Below are positions 18,593 to 25,342 of a DNA stretch of 25,342 bases, in pieces. Source of the DNA: Polyangiaceae bacterium (GTDB lineage: Bacteria; Myxococcota_A; Polyangia; Polyangiales; Polyangiaceae); the NCBI GenBank assembly GCA_033763455.1, contig JANRKO010000078.1:1-25342 (forward strand), read 5' to 3'. The stretch's first letter is position 1. Each line of letters starts with the position of its first letter. The position numbers were made by a program, and so were the translations under genes. The notes under the pieces were generated by a model, which did not search any database, was not told the origin of the DNA, and saw only the letters and a program-made list of their open reading frames with translations.

Positions 18593-18997
18593 CTACTTCT
18601 TTTGATCCACGTTGGCGGCAGTCTCGGGACTGTCCTTGCCCAGCAATCCTGACTTAACAACCTCAATTTTCACGCCTGGCGCAATCTCCACCTTGGCGTA
18701 GCGATCTCCAACCTCCAGCAATTTGCCAACGATGCCCCCCTGGGTGAGCACTCGATCCCCCTTCTTGAGCTCGGCCAGCATCTTCTGAGCCTTTTTCTGC
18801 TGGGAGCGAGAATTAAGGAACAAGAAGATGATCATGGGGATCACCACCAACAGCGGGATTAGCCCACCAAACCCGGGGGCCTCGGGGGCGGGAGCTGGGG
18901 GAGCCCCCGCCGCGCCGGGCGAAGTTGCCTTATTTTGTGGGACTATTTCGCCGGGTCGGCCCGGAACGTTCTGCCATGCGTAAGCCGCGGAGCTCAA
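18593..18997 (-). CDS. yajC: Preprotein translocase subunit YajC
   Basis: Single TM followed by SQQKK...LKKGDRVLTQGGIVG...VEIAPGVKIEV. AAGGAGG RBS 6 nt before the TTG start; lies upstream of secDF. Confidence 0.93.
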   Translation of the reverse strand: MSSAAYAWQNVPGRPGEIVPQNKATSPGAAGAPPAPAPEAPGFGGLIPLLVVIPMIIFLFLNSRSQQKKAQKMLAELKKGDRVLTQGGIVGKLLEVGDRYAKVEIAPGVKIEVVKSGLLGKDSPETAANVDQKK

Positions 18998-19138
18998 AAG
19001 ATGCCTCCTTTATGGGGCGGCGAGACGCCAGCCTCTAAAGTGGGGCGCCTATACCGTTATTCAGCCCCCCACGCAAGCAACGCGCCCGTGAAGACGCCCA
19101 AGGGAAAACTAGAGTTTTCTGCCGATCAGAAGCGCAGC

Positions 19139-19167
19139 TTGACAGCGGAAAACACGAGGGGTAATCG
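19139..19167 (+). promoter_or_regulatory. Possible sigma70 promoter for tRNA-Val/thrS
   Basis: Perfect TTGACA at 19139-19144, but the -10 is weak (GGTAATCG at 19160-19167). Confidence 0.35.
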
Positions 19168-19222
19168 GATGCGCCCCGCTTGTACGCATCCAAACACCCA
19201 GCAGAAATAGGAAGAACCCTAA

Positions 19223-19294
<72 letters not shown>

Positions 19295-19394
19295 CAATCC
19301 TGGGCAATTTGCATGTGGTGGGCGCGGGGCCAGCCGAAGCTCGAGCGTTCGATCTACGGCTGGGTGGGGTCTCCTTCGACATGCGATCGAACTG

Positions 19395-21365
19395 ATGCCC
19401 GAGTCGAAGGAGCTCCCGGCGCACGAAGCGCTGGCCGAACGCGGCTTGCTCACCAAAGACATCGTTGCGGTGCGGGCGGGCGGGCAGATCTTCGATCTTC
19501 ACACGCCCATTCCAAGCTCGCTCCTGGGCGAGCTCGAAGTCATTTCGGACTCCACGCCCGAAGCGCTTCCGGTCATTCGGCACTCGGCGGCCCACGTGAT
19601 GGCAGATGCGGTGCAGCGCCTGTTCCCCGGGACGCAGGTAACGATTGGCCCCGCGATCGATCAGGGTTTTTATTACGATTTTCTGCGCCCCGAAGGCCCC
19701 TTTAACGACAAGGAGCTTCAGCAAATCGAAAAAGAGATGCGCCGCATCATCAAGGCCAACCGTCCATTCCTCCGGGAAACGGTGAGCCGCGCTGAAGCGC
19801 ACGCTCTGTTCGAAAAGATGGGCGAAAAATACAAGCTTGAGATCTTGCAGTCGATTCCGGAAGGCGAATCCATCTCTCTTTATCGGCACGGCGGCTCTGG
19901 CAAGCCAGAAGATAACTGGGTGGATTTGTGTGAAGGCCCCCACGTGCAGAGGACGGGGCAGCTCGGTGCAATCAAGCTGCTTTCAACGGGTGGCGCGTAT
20001 TGGCGTGGCGACGAAAAGAACCAGATGCTGCAGCGCATCTACGGTACCGCTTTCCGAACGCAGGAAGATCTCGATGCTCACCTGAAGCACCTGGAAGACG
20101 CCAAGGCACGAGATCACCGAAAGCTCGGGCGCGAGCTCGAGCTCTTCATGTTCCACGAATACGCGCCGGCAATGCCGTTTTTCCTGCCGCGTGGAGCCAG
20201 CATTTACCGCCGCCTGGTGGATTACATTCGCACCCTCTACGAGCGTTACGATTACCAGGAAGTCATCACGCCGCAGATCTTCGACCAGCGCCTGTTCAAG
20301 ACCAGCGGGCACTTGGATAACTACCGCGAGAACATGTACCTGCCCGTGACCACGGACTCGATTGACGAGCCGCACGAGCACGGGGATGGCACGCTCCACA
20401 CCCACCCGGCGCTCACCCACCTCGGGCAGAAGCCGATGAATTGCCCCAGCCATTGTCTGATTTTTGGGCAACGGCGGCGCAGCTACCGGGAGCTGCCGTG
20501 GCGCGTAGCGGATTTTGGTCGCCTCCACCGTTACGAACGCGGCGGCGTGGTGCACGGCCTGGCGCGCGTACGAAGCTTCTGCCAAGACGACGCGCATATC
20601 TTCTGCACCCCCGAGCAGATGTACGGGGAGCTTCTGAAGTTCAACAGCTTGTTGTTCGAAGTGTACCGAGCGTTTGGCTTCGTCGATGTTGCCGTAAAGC
20701 TGGCGCTGCGCCCAGAGAAACGAGTGGGCACCGATGAGCAGTGGGACCACGCCGAAGCCGTACTTGAGAAGGTTCTTTTGGAATCCAACCTCAAGTTTGA
20801 GCGCCTTCCAGGCGAAGGAGCTTTCTACGGTCCTAAGCTCGAATTTCACGTTACCGATGCGCTCGGGCGCAGTTGGCAGCTTGGAACTATTCAGGTCGAT
20901 TACGCGCTCCCCACACGCTTCGATCTCGAATACGTCGCGCCAGATGGTTTGGCACACCGCCCCGTGATGTTACATCGGGCGATCCTCGGATCCATCGAGC
21001 GTTTTTACGGCATGTACATTGAGCACACGGCCGGAAAGTTCCCCGTTTGGCTTGCACACGAGCAGGCGGTGGTGGTTACCGTAAGCGAGCGGCAGGCCGA
21101 ATACGCAGAGAAAGTGCGATCCCACCTCCAGGCACGCGGCCTGCGCATCAGCGTAGATGCCGGGCAAGATAAGCTGGGCGCCAAGATCCGTAACGCGCGC
21201 ATGATGCGCGTACCGTACATAGTGGTCTTGGGTGATGACGAAGCGGCCAACGGCACCGTAACCCCTCGCTCACGCGACGACGGAGAACTGGGAACCCTGA
21301 CACTTGAGGCTTTCACTGAACGGCTCGTGTCAGAAGCGCACCCGCCGAAGCTCGAAGAAAAATAA
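19395..21365 (+). CDS. thrS: Threonine--tRNA ligase
   Basis: RHSAAHVMA, DLCEGPHV, GAYWRGD, LQRIYGTAF, RDHRKLG, KPMNCP, GLARVRSFCQDDAHIFC, AFYGPK, HRAILGSIERF. Confidence 0.98.
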   Translation: MPESKELPAHEALAERGLLTKDIVAVRAGGQIFDLHTPIPSSLLGELEVISDSTPEALPVIRHSAAHVMADAVQRLFPGTQVTIGPAIDQGFYYDFLRPEGPFNDKELQQIEKEMRRIIKANRPFLRETVSRAEAHALFEKMGEKYKLEILQSIPEGESISLYRHGGSGKPEDNWVDLCEGPHVQRTGQLGAIKLLSTGGAYWRGDEKNQMLQRIYGTAFRTQEDLDAHLKHLEDAKARDHRKLGRELELFMFHEYAPAMPFFLPRGASIYRRLVDYIRTLYERYDYQEVITPQIFDQRLFKTSGHLDNYRENMYLPVTTDSIDEPHEHGDGTLHTHPALTHLGQKPMNCPSHCLIFGQRRRSYRELPWRVADFGRLHRYERGGVVHGLARVRSFCQDDAHIFCTPEQMYGELLKFNSLLFEVYRAFGFVDVAVKLALRPEKRVGTDEQWDHAEAVLEKVLLESNLKFERLPGEGAFYGPKLEFHVTDALGRSWQLGTIQVDYALPTRFDLEYVAPDGLAHRPVMLHRAILGSIERFYGMYIEHTAGKFPVWLAHEQAVVVTVSERQAEYAEKVRSHLQARGLRISVDAGQDKLGAKIRNARMMRVPYIVVLGDDEAANGTVTPRSRDDGELGTLTLEAFTERLVSEAHPPKLEEK

Positions 21366-21416
21366 CTACATGCTGGCACCTAGAACCACCCCTCCGAGGA
21401 GTATGGACAGACACAC

Positions 21417-22199
21417 ATGGCAATGAAACGACGCTTCCCGCGGGATACCCGTGGACCGCAAATTCGGGTTAACCACAGAATTCGTGTGCCCGAAGTGCGC
21501 GTCGTCGGCGAAAACGGCGAGAACCTAGGGGTGCTTCCAACCGATCAGGCGCTTCAGCGCGCACAGCGGGTGGGCCTAGATTTGGTGGAGGTGAACCCAA
21601 AAGCCGTACCGCCTGTCTGCAAGATCTTAGATTTTGGCAAGTACAAGTACGAAGAGAAGAAGAAGCTGCGCGAGGCAAAGCGCAAGCAGACCATCGTTGA
21701 GGTAAAGGAAATTAAGCTTCGCCCGAAGACAGACGACCATGATCTGGCAGTCAAGGTGCGTGCCTCCAGGCGTTTCCTCGAATCCGGCAACAAGGTGAAA
21801 GTCACCTGCCGCTTCCGGGGCCGCGAAATCACCCACCCTCAGAAGGCGCGCGAGAAGCTCGATTACTTCCTAACGAACCTCACTGACCTCGCGCTTGTGG
21901 AGCAGCCGCCGACGATGGAAGGCCGCACCATGGCCATCATCATGGCTACAAAGCCTCAGGTAATGCAGCGCCTTCAGAGCCAACGCGCCCAGCGCGACCG
22001 AGAACGGGCAGCAATGGGCTTGGCCGCACAAGAAGTGCAGGAGCCGGACGTAACAGATCTGGAGCAAGAGCTGCACGAGCAGGATGAGGACGACGACGAT
22101 GACGACGTGGTTGACGGCGACGACGATGATGCGGACGACGTAGACGACGACGATGATGATGATGATGCGGACGACGAAGACGACGAAGACGCCCGCTAA
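21417..22199 (+). CDS. infC: Translation initiation factor IF-3 with long acidic C-terminal extension
   Basis: RVNHRIRVPEVRVV, LDLVEV.P.A.PPVCKILDFGKYKYE, VKEIKLRP, GNKVKV...FRGRE, MEGR. Immediately downstream of thrS. Confidence 0.96.
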   Translation: MAMKRRFPRDTRGPQIRVNHRIRVPEVRVVGENGENLGVLPTDQALQRAQRVGLDLVEVNPKAVPPVCKILDFGKYKYEEKKKLREAKRKQTIVEVKEIKLRPKTDDHDLAVKVRASRRFLESGNKVKVTCRFRGREITHPQKAREKLDYFLTNLTDLALVEQPPTMEGRTMAIIMATKPQVMQRLQSQRAQRDRERAAMGLAAQEVQEPDVTDLEQELHEQDEDDDDDDVVDGDDDDADDVDDDDDDDDADDEDDEDAR

Positions 22200-22214
22200 A
22201 GCTGAGACAAGCCT

Positions 22215-22280
22215 GTGAGCGAAGCCTCCCGTTGGAGCTGGCTTCGCTCGCTACTTGGGCGCCCCGTGAGCGGAGCTAGC
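22215..22280. terminator. Inverted-repeat/hairpin cluster between convergent infC and kinase genes (possible terminator or REP-like element)
   Basis: Three copies of GYGAGCGRAGC: 22215-22225 (+), 22241-22251 (-), 22266-22276 (+). They allow stems of 12 bp or 15 bp including G-U pairs. No U-tract. Confidence 0.5.
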
Positions 22281-22281
22281 A

Positions 22282-22346
22282 GCGCACTAGCGAACTAAAA
22301 GTCCGCCGAAACCCCTGCGCACTAGCGAACTAAAAGTCCGCCGAAA
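22282..22346. repeat. Perfect 30-bp direct repeat x2 (GCGCACTAGCGAACTAAAAGTCCGCCGAAA) separated by CCCCT
   Basis: Copies at 22282-22311 and 22317-22346. The second contains the last codons and stop of the kinase gene. Confidence 0.95.
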
Positions 22347-23692
22347 TACACTCCGGCACCCACCACAAGGGCCAAGAGCAACACAACGGCGGCGATGAAC
22401 AGGGGCCGGTTGGTGCCCGGGCCTGGACTCAAAGAGACCGGGCTAGAAACTCGCTGCGGGCTCCTTTCCGGCTGCGCAGCCTGTGTACCAACAGAGGAGC
22501 GAGGGGCGGCCTCAAGGGCGGCAAGATTTCCGACTTCAAAACCGGCGGAACTCGAAGTCGGTGGCTTCACGGCCGTTACCAGATCTCCAAGATCGGTACT
22601 CCAGTCTTTGACACCGCCGAAAGACCCAAGGCTAAGTGGCGCGGCTCCTGGATTGGAGGTGTTGGACGTTCGCTGTTCGGTGCCCTCGCCATCTAACGAG
22701 GTAAACTCGATCAACGCTTCGTCGATCAAGCTTCCGATAATCGACTTCCGCGAGTCAAGCTTCTTCTTCGCGCGACGCTCTGCCCAAATCGGAGCTACCA
22801 GGCTCGCTAAATCGAACGAAGAAACGGAGCGGCCCGAAGCGAACATAACTGCATTCAGATCCGCCCCTAACTCACGTGCGCTTGCGTAACGCTGTGCGGG
22901 ATCTTGAGCCAAGCTCTTAGCCAAAACACGCTCAAGCTCCGCGGAAACATTTGGGTTGAACTGGCGAATGGATGGCACCTTGGCCGCTTGAACCTGGCGT
23001 ACTGTTTCAAGATCGGTATCGCCCAAGAACAAACGGCGCCCACTCAGAAGCTCCCAAAGGATGATTCCCACCGCAAAGATATCCGTGCGGGCATCCACCT
23101 CCTGGCCAAGCGCAGCTTCGGGCGAAAGGTAGCTGAATTTACCTTTGATGATGCCCGGCTCGCTGTGCTCCAACTGGCTGTTAGCTTTGGCGAGCCCAAA
23201 ATCCACAATTTTGACTTCGCCATGCCGTGTGAGCAACACGTTGGGCGGCGACATATCGCGATGCACGATGTGCATGCTCTCGCCATCTGAATCGCGGAGC
23301 TCGTGGGCGTAGGCCAAGCCCTCGCAAATACGAACGCAGATCAAACATGCTTCCTCCACCGGCAGAAGCTTGCCGACCTTCTTCTGGTACTCAATGATCC
23401 CTTTAAGATCGGAACCATCCACATACTCCATAACAATGAAGTACGTGTTGTCGCCAACACCGATATCAAACACCTGTACGCAGTTCGAGTGGGAGAGATG
23501 GGCGGAAAGGCGCGCCTCATCCAAGAACATCCCGATGAACTGCTTCTTCTCTGAGAGGTGCGGCAACACCCGCTTGATGGCAACCGTCTTCTTGAAACCC
23601 TCAAGCCCGGCACTTTCGGCACGAAAGACCTCTGCCATGCCTCCGGAAGCAATCTTTTCGACAACTCGATAGCGTTGTTGCTGCTGGGCCAC
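22322..23692 (-). CDS. Hanks-type Ser/Thr protein kinase with C-terminal TM anchor
   Basis: IASGGMAEVF, VAIKR, FLDEAR, HRDMSPPN, DFG, GKFSYLSPE, DIFAVG and a terminal hydrophobic helix. GTG start. Confidence 0.95.
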   Translation of the reverse strand: MAQQQQRYRVVEKIASGGMAEVFRAESAGLEGFKKTVAIKRVLPHLSEKKQFIGMFLDEARLSAHLSHSNCVQVFDIGVGDNTYFIVMEYVDGSDLKGIIEYQKKVGKLLPVEEACLICVRICEGLAYAHELRDSDGESMHIVHRDMSPPNVLLTRHGEVKIVDFGLAKANSQLEHSEPGIIKGKFSYLSPEAALGQEVDARTDIFAVGIILWELLSGRRLFLGDTDLETVRQVQAAKVPSIRQFNPNVSAELERVLAKSLAQDPAQRYASARELGADLNAVMFASGRSVSSFDLASLVAPIWAERRAKKKLDSRKSIIGSLIDEALIEFTSLDGEGTEQRTSNTSNPGAAPLSLGSFGGVKDWSTDLGDLVTAVKPPTSSSAGFEVGNLAALEAAPRSSVGTQAAQPERSPQRVSSPVSLSPGPGTNRPLFIAAVVLLLALVVGAGVYFGGLLVR

Positions 23693-23700
23693 GAAATGGC

Positions 23701-23793
23701 AGCGTACGGCTCCTCCGAACAGGGGGTCAACCGCACCCGAGGCTCACCCTCCCCCCACGCCACTTGACCCGAGGCGCGCGCCCCGTTCATAAA
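23701..23793. promoter_or_regulatory. Putative back-to-back sigma70 promoters for the kinase (-) and small protein (+)
   Basis: Minus strand: TTGACC (23730-23725)-N18-TACGCT (23706-23701). Plus strand: TTGACC (23764-23769)-N18-CATAAA (23788-23793). Confidence 0.45.
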
Positions 23794-23800
23794 GAGGCGC

Positions 23801-24025
23801 ATGAGCGCTCATGATCACTCATGCGACCACGCCGAGCATGCCCCCTTCGATCCGGACGCCCTGGATCCGGGAGAGCCGCACTCGCCGTTCTGGCTGCCCT
23901 TCGTGGGGATCGGGCTTTTCTTGCTGGGTCTCGGCTTGTTCCTGGTAACTCGCGACCCTGCAAGCGCTGAATCCACCGACGGCGCGGCCCAAAAGACGCT
24001 CGAGGTCGCCAAGCCCGCACCGTGA
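23801..24025 (+). CDS. Small single-pass membrane protein with His/Cys/Asp-rich N-terminus, unknown function
   Basis: AAGAGG before the ATG. MSAHDHSCDHAEH N-terminus and a clear TM segment (FWLPFVGIGLFLLGLGLFLV). Fills the gap between the kinase and the tRNA. Confidence 0.7.
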   Translation: MSAHDHSCDHAEHAPFDPDALDPGEPHSPFWLPFVGIGLFLLGLGLFLVTRDPASAESTDGAAQKTLEVAKPAP

Positions 24026-24154
24026 AAGGTGCCCGGCTGGGAGCGCTCACGCGCCAAGAAAAAAATCGAACCTGAGCCCCCGATAAGCGGTCCAAATTCC
24101 GCACTTCGGGCTCGCGTTTGGGCCGGTATCGTGTAGATTCCCGCCTCCCCGATA

Positions 24155-24227
24155 GGGGCCGTAGCTCAGCTGGGAGAGCGCCTGCATGGCATGCAGGAGG
24201 TCAGGGGTTCGATCCCCCTCGGCTCCA
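24155..24227 (+). tRNA. tRNA-Ala(GGC)
   Basis: Acceptor stem GGGGCCG/CGGCTCC-A with G3:U70, D arm TAGCTCAGCTGGGAGAGC, anticodon arm CCTGC-ATGGCAT-GCAGG, T arm AGGGG-TTCGATC-CCCCT. CCA is not encoded. TAGATT followed by a GC-rich stretch lies upstream (24134-24150). Confidence 0.97.
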
Positions 24228-24274
24228 CAAAGAAACCGGAAGCGTCAACTGAGTGTGAAAGCGGCCTCTCACAC

Positions 24275-25280
24275 ATGAAGGTTCTGGTCACCGGCGGGGC
24301 GGGGTTCATTGGGAGCCACATTGTGGAAGCCGGGCTTGCACGTGGGCACGAGCTTCTGGTGCTCGACAACCTCTCAACGGGCCTGCGCTCCAACGTTCCC
24401 CAAGGCGTGGATCTCTTGGAAGTAGATCTACGAGATGCGAAAGCCACGCTCGAAGCCGTTCACAAGTTTCAGCCCGACGCTATCTGCCATCAAGCCGCCC
24501 AAGCAAGCGTTGGCCTGAGTATGGAACGGCCAGCTCAAGACGCGGAGAATAACGTAGTCGGCTCGCTAAATCTCTTGGAGGCGGCTCTAGCCTCGCACGT
24601 GAAAACCTTCGTGTTTGCGAGCACGGGCGGTGCCATTTACGGCGAAATCCCAACCGGCACGCGGGCAACTTCCGCAACTCTCCCCGCACCCGAAAGCCCG
24701 TATGCCGTGGGCAAGTTGGCCGTCGAGAATTACCTCAGGTTGTACGAACGCAATCAGGGGCTCAAAACAAGCATCCTTCGTTACGCCAATGTCTACGGGC
24801 CACGCCAAGGTAGCGGCGGCGAGGCAGGCGTTGTGTCCGTGTTTCTGAACCGAGAGTTAAACGGGCAGCCGCTACCCATCTTCGCGCAAGTCACGCGCGG
24901 CGACGACGGCTGCGTGCGCGACTACGTGTACGTGGAAGATGTGGTTCGCGCCAATTGGTTTGGCGTTAGAGGGAATGCTTACAGTTCCGCTATTGAACCT
25001 CGGAACGGGAGTTGGAACGAGCACGCGGAAATTGGCGGAAGAGGTGTGCGAGCGATTGGGGCGTCCCGCGAAACTTCAGTTTGAGGAGCCTCGGGTGGGA
25101 CATCTGCGGCATTCCGTGCTGGATCCGTCGGATGCGCAGCGGGTGCTTGGTGAGCTTATGTCACTTGGGGGCGGGTTGGATGAGACGGTGAGGTGGTATC
25201 GGCGTATGTCCTCGCCGCGCCCCGTTAAATGGGTCTTTTCTAGCGTCGGACGCCCGAGTTCAGCCTTGACAACAAGCTAA
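24275..25280 (+). pseudogene. NAD-dependent epimerase/dehydratase (GalE-like extended SDR) split by a single-base frameshift at about 24959-24961
   Basis: MKVLVTGGAGFIGSH, ASTGGAIYG, YAVGK, RYANVYGPRQ and VRDYVYVEDVVRAN are in one frame. The expected continuation LALEG...NLGTGVGTS...PRVGHLRHSVLD...LDETVRWY is in the +1 frame. Confidence 0.85.
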
Positions 25281-25342
25281 CTGAGCTGATGTGGCAAAGG
25301 AATTTCGCGTCCCTCAAGCGCAGAGTTTAGGGCGAGCTTGAG

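Noticed and set aside
19983..20957. Long antisense or alternate-frame ORFs (also 386-1369, 5794-6633, 19248-19943, 13188-13901, 5109-5717)
   Set aside because: They overlap well-supported genes, carry no motifs, and are expected shadows in GC-rich DNA.
21396..21426. uORF MDRHTWQ* overlapping the infC start behind GAGGAG
   Set aside because: The SD-to-ATG spacing is only 1 nt, so it cannot be supported without conservation or ribosome profiling data.
22282..22346. CRISPR mini-array
   Set aside because: Only two copies with a 5-bp gap, the repeat is coding sequence, and there are no cas genes.
25266..25300. TTGACA near the window end as a promoter
   Set aside because: No credible -10 element at 16-18 nt spacing, and the downstream gene is outside the window.

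Overview
GC-rich window whose gene content (MYXO-CTERM-like sorting tails, a long deltaproteobacterial S41 protease, an HRDxSPxN Ser/Thr kinase, an extended IF3) suggests a myxobacterium, probably Polyangiaceae-like (inference). It opens with something the ORF track misses: the 3' end of a group II intron (positions 1-138). This comprises a possible IEP tail, an intact catalytic domain V, and domain VI with a bulged branch-point A, ending 19 nt upstream of a secreted Cys-rich FGE-sulfatase-fold gene. Next is a tandem pair of paralogous surface-anchored serine esterases. A long minus-strand housekeeping run follows: yajC-secD-secF-recJ-mlaF-mlaD-S41 protease-pdxJ-nnr-orphan ECF sigma. The rest is tRNA-Val(GAC), thrS, infC with a poly-Asp tail, a convergent Ser/Thr kinase whose 3' end is perfectly duplicated, a small His-rich membrane protein, tRNA-Ala(GGC) and a frameshifted NAD-dependent epimerase. 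No complete novel system is demonstrable from this window alone. The intron and its insertion context are the strongest unannotated signal.
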